Source: Geopsychrobacteraceae bacterium
Lineage (GTDB): Bacteria > Desulfobacterota > Desulfuromonadia > Desulfuromonadales > Geopsychrobacteraceae
Direction: 5' to 3'
Assembly: GCA_963676795.2 (NCBI GenBank)
Contig: CAXXTB010000001.1
Location: 256,001-320,000, forward strand
Length of the DNA stretch: 64,000 nucleotides
Made by a program: the position numbers and the translations under genes. This document shows positions 11,811-18,974 of the stretch, one piece after another (the first letter of the stretch is position 1; each line of letters starts with the position of its first letter). Below the pieces are notes generated by a model that was given only the letters and a program-made list of their open reading frames with translations, ran no database searches and had not been told where the DNA came from.

Positions 11811-13082
11811 TTATGCGGCAGTTTGGTACTGACTCTCGCAGGCAAAGACGCGGTTTTTGTCAAAGTGACCTCCCGATTTATACCAGCCGTAAAACAGTTT
11901 CAGAAACTTGCGCATAACAGCGGTCATGGCCTTGGTGCCCGACATTCCATGGGCCTTCTTGTTGTGATAATAAGCCCCGTAGAGTGCCTTTTTCTTCACC
12001 AGGGGCAGGACTATCTGGCTAAGAACCTTGCGTAATAGGCTGCGTCCCTTTTTGCTGAGCTTATTCTTGCCGCGATAGGTTCCGCTCTGCTTCTCACGAA
12101 TGTTCAAACCGGCGTAGCGCATGAACTTGCGCAGGGTTTCGAAATCGCTGACCGGGCCGGTTTCAGCAACAATGCGGGCCAGGTGAAAGGTGGAGATAAC
12201 ACCCTGCTGCTGTTGCGGCAAATGAGGATCGAACCGACAGAGCTCCTCATAAAGAGTTTCCATCTGCTGCTTGGCCTCGTCTTTGCGAAGTTGATGCCTC
12301 TGGCAATCGTCCCACAATTGCCGGAAACGCCATTGTTGAATCTCCACCAGCCGTGAGCTGCTTTGATTACGGACCGAACTCTGTGCCTGACTGTAGAGCC
12401 TGTCCAAAGTCGTTTGACGAATACGAGGGACAACCTGTTTCATCCGCTGGCAAATGCGCTCTTTGTTCTCGGCAACAATACACAAGGGGTTCATGCCGTA
12501 GAGATCGACCAGTGCCGCTCCCGAACGAGTGTAGAGAAAGTCCTTCTGAAAGTCATAATCGGGAAACAGGACCTTGAGCTGACTGGCCAGCAGGCATTTG
12601 GTGCGCACGCATTCAACATCGGCCTGTTCATACAGTGCATGCCATTGTCGCAACAGAGCGTAGGATTCATCGTAATGGCGGCAGATGAGGGTTTTGCCCA
12701 TACTCGCAAGGGTATGAATGACATGGGGATCTTTCAGATCCGTTTTGCCTGAGTCATTGGTTTCGATAGACCGCATTTTAAACACCGCTTCGCCGGAGAC
12801 CCAGGCTGTTAGCAAACCAAGCCGGTGCGCTGTTGCCAGCAAGCTCATGTGATAACAGCCGGTCGGTTCACAGACCACGAGAAGCTGTGAGTATCCGGCC
12901 ATAAGAGCGCGATGCCTCCAGATAATAAGCTGTTTTTCTATCTCCGGTGTCGCATTGCAGAACTCATGATCGGTTAACCGGCCGGTAATTTTGGTGGCCA
13001 TGTTCAGAGTTTTCTTACTGACATCGAAAGCCAGAATTGCAACTGAATGATTTTCTTGAGCAGTCTTTATGGTACTCTTCAT
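11811..13082 (-). CDS. IS110-family recombinase/transposase
   Basis: DEDD RuvC-like residues D20 (FDVSK), E72 (EPTG), D115/D118 (KTDLKD); C-terminal AGL...QSG...SKKG Tnp domain. Confidence 0.95.
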   Translation of the reverse strand: MKSTIKTAQENHSVAILAFDVSKKTLNMATKITGRLTDHEFCNATPEIEKQLIIWRHRALMAGYSQLLVVCEPTGCYHMSLLATAHRLGLLTAWVSGEAVFKMRSIETNDSGKTDLKDPHVIHTLASMGKTLICRHYDESYALLRQWHALYEQADVECVRTKCLLASQLKVLFPDYDFQKDFLYTRSGAALVDLYGMNPLCIVAENKERICQRMKQVVPRIRQTTLDRLYSQAQSSVRNQSSSRLVEIQQWRFRQLWDDCQRHQLRKDEAKQQMETLYEELCRFDPHLPQQQQGVISTFHLARIVAETGPVSDFETLRKFMRYAGLNIREKQSGTYRGKNKLSKKGRSLLRKVLSQIVLPLVKKKALYGAYYHNKKAHGMSGTKAMTAVMRKFLKLFYGWYKSGGHFDKNRVFACESQYQTAA

Positions 13083-13331
13083 GTGGGCTCCTCCTTGATC
13101 ATGCGGATCTTGACCGGATCACGCTCGTAGGTTCACTGCCGAATTACAGTGATTATGACAGGGAGGAGTCCTCTTTGTTGATGTGATTAGAATAATAGTA
13201 GATCAAGCGGATGGAATGGGGCTGTGTGCTCCCCGAAAAGAAAAATCAAATTGCGGTAATAGGCTGAACCTTCGCGTCGCCACCGCTTATCATGAACCGT
13301 TATAGCAACCTAAAATTACAAAGACAAAATT

Positions 13332-13730
13332 ATGCATATAGAATGTCCATCGTGTAAGGCCAACAATAAAATCGAGTTTGGTGAGAACATCCTATGTAGT
13401 GAGTGTAAAAAATCATTTGCCGGTCATTTTTACAAAAAATTCAAAAAACCATTAATTTCTGCGACAACAGCATTAATCATTGGCGCTTTTGGCGCCGTTA
13501 AGGTAGATCGTCAGTTTTTTGAAGATAATAGATACCCAGCTAAAATCGAGTTCGCATTAATTGATCAATGTATATCTTCTTATGATAGTCCAATTACTTA
13601 CGGGGGACTCGAGTATAAGCGAGATGTCTGCATAAGTGCCCTAGAAGAGACTCAAAAGGAATATTCGTTTTCTGAATTCAGCGATGATCCAAAGAAATTC
13701 ATGGTGAGCTTCAGAACAAATGCCCGATAA
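13332..13730 (+). CDS. Cassette 2: zinc-ribbon plus TM hypothetical protein
   Basis: CPSC...CSEC followed by a hydrophobic segment. Confidence 0.8.
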   Translation: MHIECPSCKANNKIEFGENILCSECKKSFAGHFYKKFKKPLISATTALIIGAFGAVKVDRQFFEDNRYPAKIEFALIDQCISSYDSPITYGGLEYKRDVCISALEETQKEYSFSEFSDDPKKFMVSFRTNAR

Positions 13731-13738
13731 AGAAAAAT

Positions 13739-13760
13739 GGGGCAGGCATGCGCCTGCCCC
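13739..13760. terminator. Hairpin between convergent cassette-2 genes
   Basis: GGGGCAGGC-ATGC-GCCTGCCCC. Confidence 0.6.
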
Positions 13761-13783
13761 AGGGGCTGGGAGGCCCTTTTGAT

Positions 13784-13915
13784 CTAGTCTAGATAATCGT
13801 CATTATTGGGATTGTGAGCATCGGACCAGTCATCCATATCAGCGTCATTGTTTGGATTGTTAATATCCGACCATAGATCAAGCTCGTCTTTGCTCATATC
13901 ATCTGTATTTGGCAT
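13784..13915 (-). CDS. Cassette 2: 43-aa acidic micro-protein with two WSDxxNPNNDD repeats
   Basis: RBS GGAGGT before ATG 13915; internal tandem repeat. Confidence 0.7.
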   Translation of the reverse strand: MPNTDDMSKDELDLWSDINNPNNDADMDDWSDAHNPNNDDYLD

Positions 13916-13937
13916 TTTGACCTCCCAGTCTTTTAGT

Positions 13938-14084
13938 TTATTTTTTAAAATTTTGAGCCGCAGTAGATTGTGCTTTCGATGCAAAAGAACCCTTTGCAAC
14001 ATTTCCAGAATTGGCTTTTGCTGTTGCGCTTTGAATTCTCGACGCGGCTTTTGGGGTCATTGGTGTTTTTGTGGTTTTGGTCAT
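13938..14084 (-). CDS. Cassette 2: 48-aa basic Ala/Ser/Lys-rich micro-protein (not in ORF track)
   Basis: Hand translation MTKTTKTPMTPKAASRIQSATAKANSGNVAKGSFASKAQSTAAQNFKK; RBS AAGGAG. Confidence 0.75.
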   Translation of the reverse strand: MTKTTKTPMTPKAASRIQSATAKANSGNVAKGSFASKAQSTAAQNFKK

Positions 14085-14170
14085 AGTGGCTTCTCCTTTT
14101 AATAATATTCTTTGCCTCCCAGCGATGGGATAACAATAGAAAATCCATTAGGGACAAACGGGGACAGTCC

Positions 14171-14518
14171 ATGAATAAATGTGAAATTCGTGACAAACAG
14201 GCCGAATTAAAAAGTTGGCTTAAAAAAATTGGCCTCAGCCAAAGCGAGTTTGCAGCTCTGTATTATGATGAAAATCATGAATATTGCGTTGAGGAAGACG
14301 TTGATAGATTTAAAGAAACATTTAAAAAGCAATTGAATAGACAATCCACAAAGGTAGAGCGCCTTGAAACCTATTTGAACTTTCTATTCACAACTGCAAA
14401 GTTCAGAGAAGCTGGGTATTTCAGACCTCAGTGCTCTTCTTCAGGAATCCTCGACCCTGAAACTGAAAAGCTTATGCAAAAAATTTCGAAAGAACTGACA
14501 GATAAAATCGGGTTATAA
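14171..14518 (+). CDS. Cassette 2: putative HTH DNA-binding protein
   Basis: LKSWLKKIGLSQSEFA resembles an XRE-like helix; stop lies in attC2 R''. Confidence 0.65.
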   Translation: MNKCEIRDKQAELKSWLKKIGLSQSEFAALYYDENHEYCVEEDVDRFKETFKKQLNRQSTKVERLETYLNFLFTTAKFREAGYFRPQCSSSGILDPETEKLMQKISKELTDKIGL

Positions 14519-14618
14519 CAATAGAATCAACGCGGACGGAAAATAGCTCTGCAAATACTCGAATACTTCGGTGGTACACGCAAATTCGCGTCGCCGCCGG
14601 TTATCCAAGCCGTTAGCT
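14513..14618 (+). other. attC site 2 (intact)
   Basis: TTATAAC-AATAG-AATCAACGCGGACGG...CCGCCGGTTAT-CCAAGCC-GTTAGCT. Confidence 0.9.
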
Positions 14619-14683
14619 ATTTGAGGTAGGCTGGAAAAAGTGGACACCAATCTGATAGCCTGCGAGGCTCAAGGAGGTGTCCA

Positions 14684-14992
14684 TTGGAACGCATACCGAG
14701 GCAGTTTTTCACATTGGAATTCAAGGAGGAGGCCGTCAGCCTAGTCATCGATGGCGGCTTGACGGTTGCCGAAGTTGGGCGGCGTTTGAGCGTATCGCAG
14801 CAGACGCTGCGCAACTGGATCAAGAAGCATGGCACCACCGGCCTAAAGGCCCACGGCAGCCATAACGTATCTGAGTTGGAGGCCGAGGTCTCCCGGTTGC
14901 GGAAAGAGCTGGCCGAAGCCCGGCTGGAGAAGGAAATCCTAAAAAAGGCTATGGCGTACCTTGCAAAGGAGCCGCGGGGAGGTACGCGATGA
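14684..14992 (+). CDS. IS3 transposase OrfA
   Basis: HTH plus leucine zipper, EKEILKKA; A-AAA-AAG -1 frameshift motif at 14941-14947. Confidence 0.9.
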   Translation: MERIPRQFFTLEFKEEAVSLVIDGGLTVAEVGRRLSVSQQTLRNWIKKHGTTGLKAHGSHNVSELEAEVSRLRKELAEARLEKEILKKAMAYLAKEPRGGTR

Positions 14993-15861
14993 TCGACGAG
15001 CTGCGCAAGGAGCAGGGTTTCTCCGTCGATCCGATGTGCCGGACACTCGGCGTATCGAAAAGCGGCTACTATGCCTGGAAGAATCGCAAGCCGTCAGCCC
15101 GCAAGCAGGAGGACGAACGACTCAAAGTGGCGATCAAGGCGGCCCATGAGCGGGGCCGAGGCGCCTACGGGCCGGAGAAGATTCAGGATGAACTGCTTGA
15201 CGTCGAGAAGGTCGAGGTCGGGCTGAACCGGATCAAGCGCCTGCGCCGCCAAATGGACCTGCGATGCAAGCAGGTTAAGAAGTACAAGTCAACCACCGAC
15301 TCGAACCACAAGCTGCCGGTTGCTCCGAATCTGCTGAACCAGGATTTCGCAGTATCAGGGCCGAACAAGGCCTGGGTGGCGGATATCACCTATGTCGCCA
15401 CCGAAGAAGGCTGGCTTTACCTGGCGGCGATCAAGGACCTCTGGAACCGGGAAATCGTCGGCTACGCCATGAGCCATAGGATGACGCAAGACCTGGTTGG
15501 CCGCGCCCTCTTCCGCGCCGTTGCTGCCCGGCGGCCACCGAAAGGGTTGATCCACCATTCGGATCGCGGCAGCCAGTATTGCTCGCGCCGCTACCAGAAG
15601 CTGATGAAGCAATTCGAGATGAAGCCGTCGATGAGCCGCAAGGGGAACTGCTGGGACAACGCCTCGATGGAGAGCTTCTTCGGCACGCTCAAACGGGAAC
15701 TGGTCCACCACCGGAAGTATCGCACCCGGCAGCAAGCTGTCATTGAGATCAGAGAGTATATCGAGATGTTCTACAATCGGCAGAGACGACATGCCAGCTT
15801 GGGCAATCTCTCCCCGGCGGCATACTGGAAGAAATTCATCAGGCAGCAAGGGGCTGCCTGA
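14989..15861 (+). CDS. IS3 transposase OrfB (DDE integrase core)
   Basis: WVADITY, HHSDRGSQY, GNCWDNASMESFFGTLK. Confidence 0.95.
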   Translation: MIDELRKEQGFSVDPMCRTLGVSKSGYYAWKNRKPSARKQEDERLKVAIKAAHERGRGAYGPEKIQDELLDVEKVEVGLNRIKRLRRQMDLRCKQVKKYKSTTDSNHKLPVAPNLLNQDFAVSGPNKAWVADITYVATEEGWLYLAAIKDLWNREIVGYAMSHRMTQDLVGRALFRAVAARRPPKGLIHHSDRGSQYCSRRYQKLMKQFEMKPSMSRKGNCWDNASMESFFGTLKRELVHHRKYRTRQQAVIEIREYIEMFYNRQRRHASLGNLSPAAYWKKFIRQQGAA

Positions 15862-15912
15862 CTATAACATGGTGTCCACTATTGCGGACCGACCTCAATT
15901 TGGATCTAAATA

Positions 15913-17214
15913 ATGAGTGAATATTCAATAGAACAAAGAAGTCAAAGAATTTACGATAGAAAAACGAGGGAGTATTTCTCTGAAGTTTCAAGTTCTTATC
16001 GAGACGGAAACTATAGGTCCTCTGTTGTTATGCTATGGTCAGTTGCTGTCTGCGATATTTTATTCAAGCTTCAGCACCTTGTTGATATGTACTCAGATTC
16101 TATTGCTAGCAAAATATTATCTGAAATATCTAAACTTCAGGAAGAAAATGAAAGATCTTCCGATTGGGAAATACATCTAATAAAGCTCGTATATGAAAGA
16201 ACAAAGTTAATAGATGTCATCGAGTATGAAAACTTACAGCACCTTCAACGCCAACGTCACCTTTCCGCACACCCTGTTGTAAGTGGTAACATGACCTTGC
16301 ACCGGCCAAATAAGGACACAGTAAGATCTCTGATCCGAAACACACTCGACGGAGTTTTGACTAAACCACCTATATTTACTCGTAAAATATTTGAAGAGTT
16401 TATTACTGATCTAGCCAACTCTACAGATATTCTAATAGAAGAATCCAAACTAAGGAAATACCTAGAAAGCAAGTATTTCTCCAACCTCACTCCAGATATT
16501 GAAGCAATAATATTCAAATCATTATGGAAATTGACCTTTCGAATTGAAAATGAAGAATGCACTAAAAATAGAAATATTAACTATAAGGCACTAAGAATTA
16601 TCTACAAAAGAAATCGAGATAAGATCAACCAACAGATAGTTTTAGAATCTGATTATTTCAGTAATATTTCTGGAAATAATGAGGCTTTGTGCTTTTTAGT
16701 TCATTTCTTATCACAAAATGATTCTTTATTTGCAGGTCTATCCGACGCTGCAAAAATAAAAATTGAACACTGTGCAAAAAACAACATAATTGGAAAAACG
16801 CTTGGTTGGTTCATTAAAACTAGCCTTGAAGAGCACTACAACGATTTGCTCACATGGATCGAAGGAGATGAATATCCAGACTTCATCGACAATACTTTTA
16901 TTGAATTGAAAAAGTGCTCAGACACTCCAGAATGGGATGAAGCGATTTACAAACTTGCCAGTGCATACTATTGCAGAAGTAGTAGTTTTGACACTGCAGA
17001 CAAGAGGTTTTCTCTAGCAATAAGACCTTTGATAAAAGAATTTAACGGCGAAGCACTAAAGTTCTTACTTCAAAAAATTGAAGGCAACAATCAGACATAC
17101 GGGCGCGGAAGTTCAACTCCAGATCATAAACTAATATACGACAGAGCTAAGGAAATTTTCGGAGAAACATTCGATTACTCTTCTTTTCCGCGATTCATAG
17201 CTTCTGTTGAATAG
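15913..17214 (+). CDS. Cassette 3: 433-aa hypothetical protein with HEPN-like Rx4H motif
   Basis: AT-rich ORF; RHLSAH in a helical N-terminal domain; cassette bounded by GTTAGCT (14612) and AGCTAAC (17218). Confidence 0.75.
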   Translation: MSEYSIEQRSQRIYDRKTREYFSEVSSSYRDGNYRSSVVMLWSVAVCDILFKLQHLVDMYSDSIASKILSEISKLQEENERSSDWEIHLIKLVYERTKLIDVIEYENLQHLQRQRHLSAHPVVSGNMTLHRPNKDTVRSLIRNTLDGVLTKPPIFTRKIFEEFITDLANSTDILIEESKLRKYLESKYFSNLTPDIEAIIFKSLWKLTFRIENEECTKNRNINYKALRIIYKRNRDKINQQIVLESDYFSNISGNNEALCFLVHFLSQNDSLFAGLSDAAKIKIEHCAKNNIIGKTLGWFIKTSLEEHYNDLLTWIEGDEYPDFIDNTFIELKKCSDTPEWDEAIYKLASAYYCRSSSFDTADKRFSLAIRPLIKEFNGEALKFLLQKIEGNNQTYGRGSSTPDHKLIYDRAKEIFGETFDYSSFPRFIASVE

Positions 17215-17300
17215 GACAGCTAACAATCCAATGTCTTTAGACAAATCAAGCGATCTTTCACAATAGAAGACATATTTCTCCCTTTAACTGGGTTATGGGT

Positions 17301-17495
17301 GTTTAAAACTGGCGATAATGTCTCTTCGGCTCTTCAGGCTGAGAGCAGGTCTACCTTACGGGCCATGTCTTAAACGGTATTCGCATCGAGTGGCGGTGAC
17401 GATCAAGCTGATCATCTGCTGTTGCAGTGACGATTAAATTGCGGCCATCTCGATGCGAAGGGATGTTGCTTTAAATCCTGTGTCTACTGGTCTGC
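17301..17495 (-). ncRNA. Putative bridge/seek RNA of IS110 copy 2
   Basis: Same sequence as 11616-11810. Confidence 0.75.
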
Positions 17496-18767
17496 TTATG
17501 CGGCAGTTTGGTACTGACTCTCGCAGGCAAAGACGCGGTTTTTGTCAAAGTGACCTCCCGATTTATACCAGCCGTAAAACAGTTTCAGAAACTTGCGCAT
17601 AACAGCGGTCATGGCCTTGGTGCCCGACATTCCATGGGCCTTCTTGTTGTGATAATAAGCCCCGTAGAGTGCCTTTTTCTTCACCAGGGGCAGGACTATC
17701 TGGCTAAGAACCTTGCGTAATAGGCTGCGTCCCTTTTTGCTGAGCTTATTCTTGCCGCGATAGGTTCCGCTCTGCTTCTCACGAATGTTCAAACCGGCGT
17801 AGCGCATGAACTTGCGCAGGGTTTCGAAATCGCTGACCGGGCCGGTTTCAGCAACAATGCGGGCCAGGTGAAAGGTGGAGATAACACCCTGCTGCTGTTG
17901 CGGCAAATGAGGATCGAACCGACAGAGCTCCTCATAAAGAGTTTCCATCTGCTGCTTGGCCTCGTCTTTGCGAAGTTGATGCCTCTGGCAATCGTCCCAC
18001 AATTGCCGGAAACGCCATTGTTGAATCTCCACCAGCCGTGAGCTGCTTTGATTACGAACCGAACTCTGTGCCTGACTGTAGAGCCTGTCCAAAGTCGTTT
18101 GACGAATACGAGGGACAACCTGTTTCATCCGCTGGCAAAAGCGCTCTTTGTTCTCGGCAACAATACACAAGGGGTTCATGCCGTAGAGATCGACCAGTGC
18201 CGCTCCCGAACGAGTGTAGAGAAAGTCCTTCTGAAAGTCATAATCGGGAAACAGGACCTTGAGCTGACTGGCCAGCAGGCATTTGGTGCGCACGCATTCA
18301 ACATCGGCCTGTTCATACAGTGCATGCCATTGTCGCAACAGAGCGTAGGATTCATCGTAATGGCGGCAGATGAGGGTTTTGCCCATACTCGCAAGGGTAT
18401 GAATGACATGGGGATCTTTCAGATCCGTTTTGCCTGAGTCATTGGTTTCGATAGACCGCATTTTAAACACCGCTTCGCCGGAGACCCAGGCTGTTAGCAA
18501 ACCAAGCCGGTGCGCTGTTGCCAGCAAGCTCATGTGATAACAGCCGGTCGGTTCACAGACCACGAGAAGCTGTGAGTATCCGGCCATAAGAGCGCGATGC
18601 TTCCAGATAATAAGCTGTTTTTCTATCTCCGGTGTCGCATTGCAGAACTCATGATCGGTTAACCGGCCGGTAATTTTGGTGGCCATGTTCAGAGTTTTCT
18701 TACTGACATCGAAAGCCAGAATTGCAACTGAATGATTTTCTTGAGCAGTCTTTATGGTACTCTTCAT
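17496..18767 (-). CDS. IS110-family recombinase/transposase
   Basis: Differs from copy 1 by two residues (R56K and an I-to-F change). Confidence 0.95.
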   Translation of the reverse strand: MKSTIKTAQENHSVAILAFDVSKKTLNMATKITGRLTDHEFCNATPEIEKQLIIWKHRALMAGYSQLLVVCEPTGCYHMSLLATAHRLGLLTAWVSGEAVFKMRSIETNDSGKTDLKDPHVIHTLASMGKTLICRHYDESYALLRQWHALYEQADVECVRTKCLLASQLKVLFPDYDFQKDFLYTRSGAALVDLYGMNPLCIVAENKERFCQRMKQVVPRIRQTTLDRLYSQAQSSVRNQSSSRLVEIQQWRFRQLWDDCQRHQLRKDEAKQQMETLYEELCRFDPHLPQQQQGVISTFHLARIVAETGPVSDFETLRKFMRYAGLNIREKQSGTYRGKNKLSKKGRSLLRKVLSQIVLPLVKKKALYGAYYHNKKAHGMSGTKAMTAVMRKFLKLFYGWYKSGGHFDKNRVFACESQYQTAA

Positions 18768-18974
18768 GTGGGCTCCTCCTTGATCATGCGGATCTTGACC
18801 GGATCACGCTCGTAGGTTCACTGCCGAATTACAGTGATTATGACAGGGAGGAGTCCTCTTTGTTGATGTGATTAGAATAATAGTAGATCAAGCCGTTGGC
18901 GGATAGCTCTGCGGATCTCGTAAAAGTTTCTACCAAACCGTAAAGCCTCTGCCCCACGGCTTATCAAAACCGTT

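Larger units (their letters stand above)
11548..13203 (-). mobile_element. IS110-family element, copy 1 (1,656 bp including one AT core)
   Basis: Ends defined by identity of three copies; AT at both junctions; no terminal IRs. Confidence 0.95.
11533..13305 (+). other. attC site 1, split by IS110 (11533-11547 + 13204-13305)
   Basis: Removing the IS gives ATATAAC-AACTT-AATCAAGCGG...CCGCTTAT-CATGAACC-GTTATAG, i.e. R''-L''...L'-R' organisation. Confidence 0.88.
14622..15897 (+). mobile_element. IS3-family element
   Basis: TG...CA ends, imperfect 28-bp IRs (TGAGGT...AGTGGACACCA), 3-bp TSD ATT (14619-14621 and 15898-15900). Confidence 0.95.
17233..18888 (-). mobile_element. IS110-family element, copy 2
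   Basis: Near-identical to copy 1, same AT core position in attC. Confidence 0.95.
17218..18974 (+). other. attC site 3, split by IS110 (17218-17232 + 18889-18974), with IS1182 inserted in R'
   Basis: AGCTAAC-AATCC-AATCAAGCCGT...ACGGCTTAT-CAAAACC-GTT. Confidence 0.88.

Noticed and set aside
11548..13203. IS1111-type subterminal inverted repeats
   Set aside because: Comparing the two ends shows no convincing IR beyond AATCA
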